Part shown: in pieces, positions 20,237 through 30,483 of the stretch
Numbering within the stretch: the stretch's first letter is position 1
Layout of the letters: each line of letters opens with the position of its first letter
Assembly: GCA_963718525.1 (NCBI GenBank)
Contig: OY970355.1
Location: 224,001 to 288,000, forward strand
Direction: 5' to 3'
DNA: 64,000 nucleotides
Source: Candidatus Dormiibacterota bacterium
GTDB lineage: Bacteria; Chloroflexota; Dormibacteria; Aeolococcales; Aeolococcaceae
Notes under the pieces: model-generated
Told to the model about the DNA's origin: nothing
What the model saw: the letters and a program-made list of their open reading frames with translations, nothing else
The model's database searches: none
Program-made: the position numbers and the translations under genes

Positions 20237-21304
20237 GTGGAGGTGTCGAGCGTCGTCGAACTGCTCTCCGGTTCCGGCAGCATCGACGTTCTGCGCGCCG
20301 TCGGAGTGCTGCTCGACCCCGGAATCGTCGGCCTGGATGCGGATGGACGCGTGCTGCTCGCCAACGAGCCCGCTCGCCGATTGCTCGGACTTGCGTTGGT
20401 CGAAGGCTCCGACTTCGTCGCAGGTGAGGTCGACTACCGTCTCATCCGGTTGCTGGATGCCGCACGCCAGAGCGGGCAGGTCGAGGAGCGTGCGATCACG
20501 CTGCATGACCGGGACTTCAACGCCCGGGCGATCGCACTCAACGGTGAGGTGTCGACCGTCCTGATGGTGCGCGACGAGACCCGCGTGCACCATCTCGAGC
20601 GAGTTCGGCGCGACTTTGTCAGTAACGTCTCGCACGAGTTGCGCACGCCGATCACCGCCGTCCAGCTGATCGCCGAGACGCTGGCCAATGGCGGGCTCGA
20701 GGATCCTGATGCGGCCGCCGATTTCGTGCGACGCATCGGGCAGGAGGCGTCGCACATGGCGCAGATGGTCGAGGAGCTGCTGGAGCTGAGCACCATCGAG
20801 TCGGGGCTGCGCCCGATGGCGAGCGAGCGCGTCGCCATCGCCAGTCTGATGAGCAGCATGGACCGTCTCCGCCCGCTCGCCGAAAGCAAGGGCGTCACAC
20901 TCGAGGTCAGCGTCGCACCAGGGACGCCGGATCTGATCGGCGACGCTTCTCACCTCGGCCAGGTGCTTCGCAACCTCGCTCACAACGCGATCAAATTCAC
21001 GCCGTCCGGCGGCCGGATCACCATCAGCGCCAGCCCAGGGGGTGCCGGCCAGGTGGTGCTGAGCTGCCGCGACACCGGCGTCGGGATCACACCTGCGGAC
21101 CTGCCACGGATCTACGAGCGTTTCTGGAAGGCCGACAGCTCGCGGCAGCGCGACGGCGAGGGTTCAGGGCTGGGGCTCGCCATCGTCCGCCACGTCGTCG
21201 AGGCGCATGGAGGTACGGTGTCGGTCACCTCCGAGCCTCGCCGCGGGACGGAGTTCCAGGTGATCCTTCCGGCGGAGGTCGAGGGTCGGCGCGGGAGCGA
21301 TTGA
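20237..21304 (+). CDS. PhoR-like sensor histidine kinase, no TM segments
   Basis: PAS-like region, RRDFVSNVSHELRTP H-box, NAIKFT, DTGVG, GSGLGLAI. Confidence 0.92.
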   Translation: MEVSSVVELLSGSGSIDVLRAVGVLLDPGIVGLDADGRVLLANEPARRLLGLALVEGSDFVAGEVDYRLIRLLDAARQSGQVEERAITLHDRDFNARAIALNGEVSTVLMVRDETRVHHLERVRRDFVSNVSHELRTPITAVQLIAETLANGGLEDPDAAADFVRRIGQEASHMAQMVEELLELSTIESGLRPMASERVAIASLMSSMDRLRPLAESKGVTLEVSVAPGTPDLIGDASHLGQVLRNLAHNAIKFTPSGGRITISASPGGAGQVVLSCRDTGVGITPADLPRIYERFWKADSSRQRDGEGSGLGLAIVRHVVEAHGGTVSVTSEPRRGTEFQVILPAEVEGRRGSD

Positions 21305-21385
21305 CCGGCTTGCCGTCGCAGAAGGCAGTTGGTTACTATTCGGCGATAGTTACGACGTAGAAAGCTTCCTTGCAGGGGGAGGCCC

Positions 21386-22432
21386 ATGGCGGAACGCGTT
21401 CTCGACATCGATTCGTCGCCCCCGATCGAAGCGCACCCGGCACTTCTCGACCGGCATGCCGGCCTACTCGATGCCGGGCTTCGCAAGTCTGCCCCGCGGA
21501 CACGCGGTCTGCTCCGGCAGATGTCCGCATACCATCTCGGCTGGACTGACGCGCACGGACATCCGGCGAACGACCCGGCTGGAAAGCGCATCCGGCCCGC
21601 GCTCGCCCTTTGGGCCTGCGAATCGCTCGGAGGTGAGGCGGCCTGGGCGCTGCCGGCGGCGGTTGCCGTCGAGCTGATCCACAACTTCACGCTGATCCAC
21701 GACGACATCCAGGACGGCGACCAGCTCCGCCGCCACCGGCCAACGGTCTGGACCATCTGGGGCGCGGAGCAGGGCATCAACGCCGGGGACGGCATGTTCG
21801 CCAATGCTCTGAGCGGCCTGCTTGCCCCGGGACCTCGCCCCGGCCGCCGAATGCGTGCTGCTCATCTGCTGAGCTCGGCGGTGGTGCAGGTGGTCGAAGG
21901 CCAGTGTCTCGACCTTTCGCTCGAAGGACGTGCCGGCGCACCGCAGGCGACCTATCTGCGGCTGGTGACCATGAAGACCGGAGCGCTCCTGGGTGCCGCG
22001 ATGGCTGCAGGAGCCGTGCTGGCGGGCGCACCGCGCGCGGTCGCCCAGCGGTTCGACGCCGCCGGCAGGTTGCTCGGGCTGGCGTTCCAGGTGCGCGACG
22101 ACTGGCTGGGCACATGGGGCGATCCCCAGGTCACCGGCAAAGGGCGGAGCGGGGATCTCCGCCGCCGCAAGCTCACCTACCCTGTGGTGGCGGCCTACGA
22201 GGTGGCCACTCCCGTCCGGCGTCGCGAGCTGCGCCGGCTCTTCCGTGATCGTGAGCCGGGTGGCGAGTTTCGGTTGCGCGCGCTGCTCGACGAGCTGGGC
22301 GGGCCGGCGCTGACCGCGGGGGTCCCCATGGTGCTCGCGCGCGACTCCATCGCCGCGCTGACGGGCTTGCCGGACGAGGCACTCACCGACTTTGCGGATC
22401 TGGCGATCCATGTCGCTGAACGCAACCGTTAA
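21386..22432 (+). CDS. Polyprenyl (FPP/GGPP) diphosphate synthase
   Basis: GKRIRP, HDDIQDGD..RR, GQCLDL, KTGALL, FQVRDD. Confidence 0.93.
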   Translation: MAERVLDIDSSPPIEAHPALLDRHAGLLDAGLRKSAPRTRGLLRQMSAYHLGWTDAHGHPANDPAGKRIRPALALWACESLGGEAAWALPAAVAVELIHNFTLIHDDIQDGDQLRRHRPTVWTIWGAEQGINAGDGMFANALSGLLAPGPRPGRRMRAAHLLSSAVVQVVEGQCLDLSLEGRAGAPQATYLRLVTMKTGALLGAAMAAGAVLAGAPRAVAQRFDAAGRLLGLAFQVRDDWLGTWGDPQVTGKGRSGDLRRRKLTYPVVAAYEVATPVRRRELRRLFRDREPGGEFRLRALLDELGGPALTAGVPMVLARDSIAALTGLPDEALTDFADLAIHVAERNR

Positions 22433-23495
22433 CTCGAGCACTGACGCGAACACCGGATCGCGCACGGCGTCGCGCAAGGACGAGCACCTGCGCATCAACA
22501 TCGACGAGGACGTCGCTGCCAAGGGAGTGGCAACCGGCTTCGATGAGTGGCGGTTCGTGCACCAGGCGCTCCCCGAGATCGACCTCCGCGACGTGGCGCT
22601 CGGCACACACCTGCTCGGCCGGCACGTCGGCGCCCCGCTGCTGATCTCGTGCATGACCGGCGGGACCGATCAGGCCCGAGTCATCAATGAGCGGCTCGCC
22701 GTCGCCGCGCAGGCCCACGGCCTGGCGATGGGCCTCGGGTCCTGCCGTGTCCTCCTCGAACAACCCGAGGTGCTGCCGACGTTCGATGTCCGCGGGCTCG
22801 CACCCGACGTCCCGCTGCTGGCGAATCTCGGTGCCGTGCAGCTCAACCTCGGTGTCGGCATCGATGACTGCCGCCACCTGCTTCGAACCCTGCGCGCAGA
22901 CGCCCTGGTGCTGCACGTGAACCCGCTGCAGGAGGCGCTGCAGCCGTCGGGCAACACCGATTTCTCAGGGCTGCTCGCGCGCATCGCTTCGGTGTGTGCC
23001 GGGCTTGGTGCGCCGGTCATCGTCAAGGAGGTCGGCTGGGGCATCGCCGACGACCTGGTCAAGCGTCTCTTCGAAGCCGGAGTTGCTGCCGTCGACGTCG
23101 CCGGTGCGGGTGGCACGTCGTGGAGCGAGGTCGAGCGTCATCGCATGCGCGACGCGGTACAGGCACGCGTTGCCGCAGCCTTCGCCGGATGGGGTATCCC
23201 GACGGCTGACGCCTTGATCCGGGCACGCAGCGCTGTGCCGACCGGTGTGCTGATTGCGAGTGGCGGTATCCGCAACGGGATTGACATCGCCAAGGCGTTG
23301 ACCTTTGGTGCCGATTCCGTCGGGATCGCCGGGCCGCTCGTGCGTGCAGCGGCGGCCGGTGATGAGGCGCTCGACGAGACCGTCACGGTGATCCTCGAGG
23401 AGCTGCGACTTGCCATGTTCTGCGTGGGTGCGACGCGAGTCGGCGACCTGAGGAGCGACGCGCGTCTCGTGCGCTGCGATGGACGGGCACCCTGA
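22410..23495 (+). CDS. fni: Type 2 isopentenyl-diphosphate isomerase
   Basis: RKDEHL, MTGG, NPLQE, VKEVGWG, AGAGGTSW, SGGIRNG. Confidence 0.95.
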   Translation: MSLNATVNSSTDANTGSRTASRKDEHLRINIDEDVAAKGVATGFDEWRFVHQALPEIDLRDVALGTHLLGRHVGAPLLISCMTGGTDQARVINERLAVAAQAHGLAMGLGSCRVLLEQPEVLPTFDVRGLAPDVPLLANLGAVQLNLGVGIDDCRHLLRTLRADALVLHVNPLQEALQPSGNTDFSGLLARIASVCAGLGAPVIVKEVGWGIADDLVKRLFEAGVAAVDVAGAGGTSWSEVERHRMRDAVQARVAAAFAGWGIPTADALIRARSAVPTGVLIASGGIRNGIDIAKALTFGADSVGIAGPLVRAAAAGDEALDETVTVILEELRLAMFCVGATRVGDLRSDARLVRCDGRAP

Positions 23496-24373
23496 TGGCA
23501 CAGGCAACCATGTCGCTCGAAGCGGCCGATGCGTACTGCAGGAGCCTGGTCCGGCACTACGAGAATTTCACCGTCGCGTCGCGGCTCTCACCGCGGTCGC
23601 TGCGCCGCGATCTGACCAGGGTGTACGCCTTCTGCAGGTTCACCGATGATCTCGGCGACGAGAGTGGCGACCGCGCTGTTGCGATGCGGCGTCTGCGCCG
23701 CTGGCGCGACGAGACTCGCGAGAGCTTCGACCACGATGAGCGCACCCACCCGGTCCTTGTCGCACTCGCCGAGACCGTTCACGGGTTCCGTCTCGAGGCA
23801 CAGCCGTTCGTCGACCTGATCGACGCCAATGTGCAGGACCAACGCGTCGACACCTACGAGGATTGGGCAGAGCTCCGCGGATACTGCATGCACTCGGCAG
23901 CACCAGTGGGGCGCATCGTGCTCCGCCTCTTCGACATCCGCGATTCCGCAGCCGTTCCGCTGAGCGACGACGTCTGCATCGGGCTCCAGCTTGCCAACTT
24001 CGCCCAGGACGTCTCCATCGACAGACGGCTCGGCCGGACCTACCTGCTGCAGAGCGAGATCCGCGAACACGGCGTCGACGGCGCCACTCGTTTGATGTGC
24101 GAGCGAGCTCGCACGATGCTCGACGCGAGCCTGGCGCTCGAGGCGCTCGCACCGCCGCGCCTGCGCGTTCAGCTCGCCCTCTACCGCCTCGGTGGTCAGG
24201 CAATTCTCGACGCCATCGCCGCCGCCGGCTATCGCACCAGTGGATTTCGCCCTGCCGTCGACCGGGCCGCGCGAGTGCGAATCGTTGCTGCCGCGCTCTC
24301 GGCGGGCGTCCATCGCAATGGGGCACGGGCCGTCGCGCTGCCGGCACGTCCGGCAGGAGACCGCCGTGCTTGA
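23495..24373 (+). CDS. hpnC: Squalene synthase component HpnC
   Basis: HYENFTVAS, DDLGDE, SAAPVGR, LQLANFAQD. Confidence 0.93.
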   Translation: MAQATMSLEAADAYCRSLVRHYENFTVASRLSPRSLRRDLTRVYAFCRFTDDLGDESGDRAVAMRRLRRWRDETRESFDHDERTHPVLVALAETVHGFRLEAQPFVDLIDANVQDQRVDTYEDWAELRGYCMHSAAPVGRIVLRLFDIRDSAAVPLSDDVCIGLQLANFAQDVSIDRRLGRTYLLQSEIREHGVDGATRLMCERARTMLDASLALEALAPPRLRVQLALYRLGGQAILDAIAAAGYRTSGFRPAVDRAARVRIVAAALSAGVHRNGARAVALPARPAGDRRA

Positions 24374-25229
24374 CACGCCCACCCTCCCCGGCGTTCGCGC
24401 GCTGGAGCGCTACTGCGAGGACATGGCCCGCCGCGAGGCGGCCAACTTCTATTGGGGGTTCATCGCACTGCCACGCCAGCAGCGCACGTCGATCTACGCG
24501 CTGTACGACTTCGCACGCCAGGTCGACGATGACGCCGACCTCGACGGACGCACGTCGCGCGAGGACCGGCTCGAGCACCACCGACGCAGGCTTCGCGATA
24601 CCAGACCCGGGGACAGCACCGACCCGGTCATGGGGCTCCTCGCAATCGCGATGCGACGCCACGCGATCCCGATCTCCGAGCTGGACATGCTCATCGATGG
24701 CGTCGCCATTGACCTGACCACGACCCGGTATCAGACGTGGGACGAGCTGAGCGCGTATGCCAACCTGGTTGCGTCGGTCGTGGGACGGATGTGCGTGCGC
24801 ATCTTCGGCTTCCGCGATCCGATCGCGCTGGAACGCGCCGATGAGCTGGGCGTCGCGCTGCAGCTGATCAACATCCTGCGCGACGTGCAGGAGGACGCGA
24901 CGCGCGGTCGCATCTATCTGCCACTCGACGAGCTCGCCGAATTCGGTATCACCGAAGCCGACATCCTCGACGGCCGCGTCGCGCGCGGCTGGCCTGCGTT
25001 CATGGCCATGCAGATCGGACGCGCGCGAAAGCTGCATGCCTCCGGAATTCGGGTCACCGAGTCGATCCCGAAGCAACCCGCTGTCTGTGTACGCACCATG
25101 GCGGGGATCTACCTCGGCATCCTCGATCGGATCGAGGCCGCGCCTGAGCTGCCGCTTCGCGGACGTGCGCGCCTTTCCAAGGCGGCGAAGCTCGGCGTGA
25201 TGGCCCGCTCGTGGCTGGCAGCCGTATGA
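24366..25229 (+). CDS. hpnD: Presqualene diphosphate synthase HpnD
   Basis: ANFYWGF, VDDDAD, VASVVG, LQLINILRDVQED, GRIYLP; lies between hpnC and hpnE. Confidence 0.92.
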   Translation: MLDTPTLPGVRALERYCEDMARREAANFYWGFIALPRQQRTSIYALYDFARQVDDDADLDGRTSREDRLEHHRRRLRDTRPGDSTDPVMGLLAIAMRRHAIPISELDMLIDGVAIDLTTTRYQTWDELSAYANLVASVVGRMCVRIFGFRDPIALERADELGVALQLINILRDVQEDATRGRIYLPLDELAEFGITEADILDGRVARGWPAFMAMQIGRARKLHASGIRVTESIPKQPAVCVRTMAGIYLGILDRIEAAPELPLRGRARLSKAAKLGVMARSWLAAV

Positions 25230-26563
25230 CCCGGCAGCCGCGAGTGGCCGTCGTGGGAGCGGGGCTTGCCGGCCTCACCGCAGGGCTCGCGCTTGCCAAG
25301 CGGGGCTGGCGCGTCGACCTCTACGAGCGTTCCCGGCTGCTCGGCGGCAAGACCACCTCATTCGAGGTGGACGGGCATGAGGTCGACTGCGGCCAGCACG
25401 TGGTCCTGGCCTGTTGCACTGCGACACTCGAGCTCATCGAGGAGCTCGGCCTCACGGATTCGCTGTACATCCAGCCGCGCTTCGAGGCCACCGTGCTCTC
25501 GCGCAGACGCCGCCCCGCCACCCTGCGGGCGTCCAACCTGCCGCCACCCCTGCACCTTCTGGCGGGATTCGCGCGCTATCCCCACCTCACCACGCTCGAC
25601 CGGCTCCTGGTCGGACGCGCGCTGCTCGCGGCGCGCACCGACGGGGCGCCCAACGGCACCATGGCCGCCTGGCTGCGCCGGCATCACCAGACCGTGCGCG
25701 CGCTGCGAGCATTCTGGGAGCCGTTCCTGGTGCCGGCGCTCAACGCTCCGCTCGATCGCGTTGCAGCGGAGATGGGCCTGTTTGTCATCCAGACAGCGTT
25801 CCTCGGTGACCGCGACGCAGCGCGCATCGCATATCTGAAGGTTCCTCTCGCGAGGCTCGCAGAGGCCGCTGCAGCGCGTCTGGACGGTGTGCATCTCCGC
25901 CAATCGGTTGTCGGGCTGCATCGCCAAGGTGACCGCGTCACCGGGGTGAAGCTGAGCGGCGGCGCAGGCGCCGCATGCGATGCCTGCGTCATCGCCGTGC
26001 CACCCGCTCGTCTCCAATCGATCCTCGGAGACGCACCGGCGGCGGGCGTTGATGGTCTGGAGGCATTCGAGGCCATGCCCATCGTCGATGTGCACCTCTG
26101 GTACGACCGCCCGGTCCTCGGATGCGACTTCGCGGCGCTCCTCGACTCGCCGGTGCAGTGGGTGTTCGAGAAGTCGCCCGGCTACGTCTGCTGCAGCCTG
26201 AGCGCCGCCGATGACCTGGTGCAGCGCCCGGAACGGGAGCTCGTCGACCTGGGTCGCAGTGAGCTTGCCGCCGTGCTGCCTCAGGCCGCTCGCGCCCGGT
26301 TGCTCAGCGGGGCCGCGACGCGGGACCCTGAAGCCACGTTCATTCCCGCTCCGGACGTGCGCCGCCCGGGGGCCGCCACTGCACTGTCCAACCTCGTCAT
26401 CGCGGGCGCATGGACGGATACCGGTTGGCCCGCAACCATTGAGTTGGCGGTGCGGAGCGGGCGAACCGCGGCGCTCACCCTCTACAGCAACGTTGCCGGG
26501 TGGACGTCAGCACAGAACACTCGGGTCGCGGGCGCGCCGCTGGAGGTTGCGCATGCAGTCTGA
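25226..26563 (+). CDS. hpnE: Hydroxysqualene dehydroxylase HpnE
   Basis: GAGLAG FAD motif, DCGQHV, AGAWTDTGWPAT..AVRSG. Confidence 0.92.
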   Translation: MTRQPRVAVVGAGLAGLTAGLALAKRGWRVDLYERSRLLGGKTTSFEVDGHEVDCGQHVVLACCTATLELIEELGLTDSLYIQPRFEATVLSRRRRPATLRASNLPPPLHLLAGFARYPHLTTLDRLLVGRALLAARTDGAPNGTMAAWLRRHHQTVRALRAFWEPFLVPALNAPLDRVAAEMGLFVIQTAFLGDRDAARIAYLKVPLARLAEAAAARLDGVHLRQSVVGLHRQGDRVTGVKLSGGAGAACDACVIAVPPARLQSILGDAPAAGVDGLEAFEAMPIVDVHLWYDRPVLGCDFAALLDSPVQWVFEKSPGYVCCSLSAADDLVQRPERELVDLGRSELAAVLPQAARARLLSGAATRDPEATFIPAPDVRRPGAATALSNLVIAGAWTDTGWPATIELAVRSGRTAALTLYSNVAGWTSAQNTRVAGAPLEVAHAV

Positions 26564-28427
26564 GGCGCTGCGCTCTGCGGTCGACTGGCTGTTCGAGCAC
26601 CAGGACACCGACGGCTGGTGGAGCGGCGAGCTCGAGACCAACGTCACCATGACGGCTGAGCACGTCCTCCTGCTCCGTTTCCTCGGCGTGCCCCACGACG
26701 AGATTCGTGATGGAGCAATCCGCCACATCCTCGGCGCGCAGCGACAGGACGGGACCTGGGCGAACTACCACGACGGTCCAGGCGACCTGAGCACGACCAT
26801 CGAGGCGTATGTCGCGCTCCGCGTCCTCGGCGTCGATGCGACCCAACCGCAGCTCCGCAAGGCGCTGCGCATGATCCTCGACCAGGGTGGGCTCGTCGAG
26901 GCGCGCGTCTTCACCAAGATCTGGCTTGCCCTCTTCGGCATCTATCCGTGGGATGGAGTGCCGAGCATGCCACCGGAGCTCGTGCAACTCCCCTCGTGGG
27001 CACCGCTCAACCTCTACGACTTCGCGTGCTGGGCTCGGGGCACCATCGCGCCGCTGCTGATCGTGATCTCGCACCGTCCGGTGCGCGACCTCGGAGTCAA
27101 CGTCGACGAAGTCGTTGCCCGTGGGAGCGAACCGCGGATGCGTCGCGTTCCGGGTTCCGGCGTGTTCCTGTGGCTCGACCACGCGCTCAAGCTGTACGAG
27201 CGGCTCCCGCGCCAGCCGGGACGCGCCTCATCGCGCGCCAGGCTCGTCGAGTGGATCACACAGCGCCAGGAAGCCGACGGCGGGTGGGGCGGCATTCAAC
27301 CGCCATGGGTATATTCGTTGATCGCCCTCAACCTCGAGGGCATGTCCATCGACCACGCGGTGATGCGCCGCGGCCTCGACGGATTCCGACGATTCAGCAT
27401 CGACGACAAGGACGGGTGGCGTCTCCAGGCGTGCATGTCGCCGGTCTGGGACACGGCGTGGGCGATGCTCGCGCTGCGCAGGGCCGGCGTCGCTCGCGAA
27501 CACCCGGCGCTGCGACGCGCGGTGGACTGGTTGCTCGCCGAGCAGATCGCAGGCGGTGGCGACTGGCAGGTCAAGGTGCCGCTCGACACCTGCGGCGGGT
27601 GGGCGTTCGAGTTCGACAATGACGTCTATCCCGACATCGATGACACGGCCGTGGTGGTGCTTGCGCTACTGGAGGCCGGAGACCCGGCGCTCGTGTCCAA
27701 GCCGGTTGCCGAGGCGGTGCGCTGGTGCAGGGCAATGCGTTCGCGCAACGGCGCATGGGGGGCGTTCGACAAGGACAACACGCGCAACGTGGTGTACAAG
27801 TTGCCGTTCGCCGACTTCGGCGCCATGCTCGATCCTCCCTCTGAAGACGTGACTGCGCATGTCATCGAGATGCTCGCGGCTGTGGGCTGCAGCCCTGACG
27901 ACGTCGACATTCCGCCGGCACTGGCATATCTGCGCAAGACACAGCGGCCATGGGGGTCGTGGTACGGCCGGTGGGGCGTGAACCACATCTACGGCACCTG
28001 GTGCGTTGTCAGTGCGCTGGTCGCGCTGCACACCGGGGACGACATGGTCCGCGCTGCCGCCGCGTGGATTCGCCGTGTGCAGAACCCGGACGGCGGCTGG
28101 GGTGAGAGCTGTCACTCCTACGTCGATGAGTCGTTCGCCGGCGTCGGCACGAGCACGCCGTCGCAGACGGCGTGGGCGATGCTCACCCTGCAACTGGCGG
28201 GCTCGGGCGACGATCTCGCGTGTGCGCGCGGCCGGGCGTTCCTCCTGGAGCGTCAGCGCGACGGCACGTGGGATGAGCCTCAGCACACGGGGACGGGGTT
28301 CCCCGGCGACTTCTACATCAATTACCACCTGTACCGGCACGTGTTCCCGACCCTGGCGCTCGCCGGCGGCGAGCCCGCAGGCACCGGACAACGTGCAACC
28401 GAGCGCGAGCTCGTCGCCCCCAGATAA
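26553..28427 (+). CDS. shc: Squalene-hopene cyclase
   Basis: QW repeats, SPVWDT, YPDIDDTA catalytic DxDD, HTGTGFPGDFYINYHLY. Confidence 0.97.
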   Translation: MQSEALRSAVDWLFEHQDTDGWWSGELETNVTMTAEHVLLLRFLGVPHDEIRDGAIRHILGAQRQDGTWANYHDGPGDLSTTIEAYVALRVLGVDATQPQLRKALRMILDQGGLVEARVFTKIWLALFGIYPWDGVPSMPPELVQLPSWAPLNLYDFACWARGTIAPLLIVISHRPVRDLGVNVDEVVARGSEPRMRRVPGSGVFLWLDHALKLYERLPRQPGRASSRARLVEWITQRQEADGGWGGIQPPWVYSLIALNLEGMSIDHAVMRRGLDGFRRFSIDDKDGWRLQACMSPVWDTAWAMLALRRAGVAREHPALRRAVDWLLAEQIAGGGDWQVKVPLDTCGGWAFEFDNDVYPDIDDTAVVVLALLEAGDPALVSKPVAEAVRWCRAMRSRNGAWGAFDKDNTRNVVYKLPFADFGAMLDPPSEDVTAHVIEMLAAVGCSPDDVDIPPALAYLRKTQRPWGSWYGRWGVNHIYGTWCVVSALVALHTGDDMVRAAAAWIRRVQNPDGGWGESCHSYVDESFAGVGTSTPSQTAWAMLTLQLAGSGDDLACARGRAFLLERQRDGTWDEPQHTGTGFPGDFYINYHLYRHVFPTLALAGGEPAGTGQRATERELVAPR

Positions 28428-28448
28428 GTCAAAGAAAAGGAGACAGCC

Positions 28449-29486
28449 ATGGCGGTGCCACTGCGACAGGCGATTCGAGTTGGAAGCTACGTGGCGCGTC
28501 AACGGCTGCGCCGCAATGAGAAGTTCGCGCTGGTCCTGCAACTCGAACCGTTGTATCAATGCAACCTGGCGTGCGCGGGATGCGGGAAGATCCAGCACGA
28601 GGACGCGATCCTCCAGCGACGCCTGACGGTGCAGCAGTGCATCGACGCCGTCGAGGAGTGTGAGGCGCCGATGGTGTCGATCGCGGGCGGGGAACCGCTG
28701 GTGCACAAGGAGATCGATCAGATCGTCGCCGCGCTCGTCGCACGCAAGCGCTACGTCTACCTGTGCACGAATGCGCTCCTCCTCGAGAAGAAGCTGCATC
28801 TCTTCACACCGTCGCCGTACTTCTCGTTCTCGGTGCATATCGACGGGCTCCGGGAGCGCCACGACGAGTCGGTGTGCCGCACCGGCGTCTTCGACAAGGC
28901 GATCGCCGCCATCGCCGCAGCCAAGGCGCGCGGATTCCGGGTCACCACCAACACGACCTTCTTCGACCAGGACGACGCGCGGTCGATTCGTGGCGTGCTC
29001 GACTTCCTCAACGATGAGGTGCAGGTCGACAGCATGCAGATCTCCCCCGGCTACGCATACGAGAAGGCGCCCGACCAGGACCACTGGCTCAACGTCGAGC
29101 GCACGCATGCGATCTTCCGCGACGCGTTCTCGGATGGACGGCGCAAGAAGTGGCGGCTCAATCACTCGCCGCTGTTCCTCGATTTCCTCGAGGGCAAGGT
29201 GGACTTCAGCTGCACCGCATGGGGCATCCCGAGCTATTCGGTGCTCGGCTGGCAGCGTCCGTGCTACCTCATGTCCGATGGCTATGCGACCTCGTACCGC
29301 GAACTCCTCGACACGACTGCATGGGAGAAGTACGGACGGGGCCGCGACGAACGCTGCGGGAACTGCATGGCGCATTGCGGCTACGAGCCCACCGCTGTGG
29401 TCGCGACCTCAGCGTCGCTGCGCGAGTCGTTGCGTGCGGCGAGTGACAGCCTTCGTCCGCGCACAAGCAAGCCACATCTGAACTGA
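28449..29486 (+). CDS. hpnH: Adenosyl-hopene transferase HpnH (radical SAM)
   Basis: LEPLYQCNLACAGCGKI, GWQRPCYL, CGNCMAHCGYE. Confidence 0.96.
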   Translation: MAVPLRQAIRVGSYVARQRLRRNEKFALVLQLEPLYQCNLACAGCGKIQHEDAILQRRLTVQQCIDAVEECEAPMVSIAGGEPLVHKEIDQIVAALVARKRYVYLCTNALLLEKKLHLFTPSPYFSFSVHIDGLRERHDESVCRTGVFDKAIAAIAAAKARGFRVTTNTTFFDQDDARSIRGVLDFLNDEVQVDSMQISPGYAYEKAPDQDHWLNVERTHAIFRDAFSDGRRKKWRLNHSPLFLDFLEGKVDFSCTAWGIPSYSVLGWQRPCYLMSDGYATSYRELLDTTAWEKYGRGRDERCGNCMAHCGYEPTAVVATSASLRESLRAASDSLRPRTSKPHLN

Positions 29487-29487
29487 C

Positions 29488-30483
29488 GTGAACCCGACGC
29501 AGCGAGCGCCCGGTGCGGGTGAGGTCTTTCTCACCGGTGCGTCGGGTTTCGTGGGCGCGCACGTGCTCAGCGCGTTGCTCGCGCGTGGCTATCGCGTGCG
29601 CGCTCTGGTGCGAGGTGGCTGGGACGCGCCGGCCGGTGCCGTCGCGGTGCACGGGGATCTCCGCTCGCCCGGCGCCCTGATCACGGCGCTGCGCGGATGT
29701 GACGCCGTCGTCCACACGGCCGCCCTGTACTCGTTCGCTCCGAGCGACCGGGCAACGATCGCGGCGGTGAATGTTCGCGGCACAGCGGGAATCCTCGAGG
29801 CCGCGCGCATCGCGGGCGTCGGGCGCTGCGTCGTCACGTCGAGCTCCGCCGCGCTCGCGCCGGCGACCGCCTCGCGCCCGGCGACGGAGACCGACTGGGC
29901 CACCGCCGACCACCGAACGTGGTCGTACCACGCCTCCAAGCTCGCGGGGGAACGCGCGGCGCTGCGCGCGCCGATACCGGTGATCACCGTGTTGCCGACG
30001 GCACCGGTTGGTCCAGGCGATCGCCGGCCGACCCCCACCGGCAAGATCGTCGTCGACCTGCTTCGTGGACGCATGCCGGCAACGCTGGGCGGGGGCATGA
30101 ACATAGTGCCGGTCGAGGACGTCGCAGCGGCGCACGTTCTGGCACTCGAGCGTGGACGCCCGGGTGAACGCTATATCGCGGGCGGTGTCAACCTGACCCT
30201 GGCGGAATTGTGGCGGCTCATCTCTCGAGCGGCAGGCAGGCCGGAGCGGACGGTGCGGCTCCCCTATGCGATCGCCGCAGCCGCTGCGCGCCTCGATGCG
30301 GCTCGCGTCCGCCTGACCGGCGGGGTGCCCGCGATCCCGCTCGAAGGAGTGCGCATGGGCCGGCTCGAGATGTATTCATCGAGCGCGAAAGCCGGTGAGG
30401 AGCTTGGATACCGGCCGTCGAGCGCCGATGCGGCAATCGAGCGGGCGGTGCGCTGGTATCGCGAGAACGGCTATGCCGCCTGA
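29488..30483 (+). CDS. hpnA: Hopanoid-associated NAD-dependent epimerase/dehydratase HpnA
   Basis: TGASGFVG, YHASK, PTAPVGPGD..PTPTG. Confidence 0.88.
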   Translation: MNPTQRAPGAGEVFLTGASGFVGAHVLSALLARGYRVRALVRGGWDAPAGAVAVHGDLRSPGALITALRGCDAVVHTAALYSFAPSDRATIAAVNVRGTAGILEAARIAGVGRCVVTSSSAALAPATASRPATETDWATADHRTWSYHASKLAGERAALRAPIPVITVLPTAPVGPGDRRPTPTGKIVVDLLRGRMPATLGGGMNIVPVEDVAAAHVLALERGRPGERYIAGGVNLTLAELWRLISRAAGRPERTVRLPYAIAAAAARLDAARVRLTGGVPAIPLEGVRMGRLEMYSSSAKAGEELGYRPSSADAAIERAVRWYRENGYAA

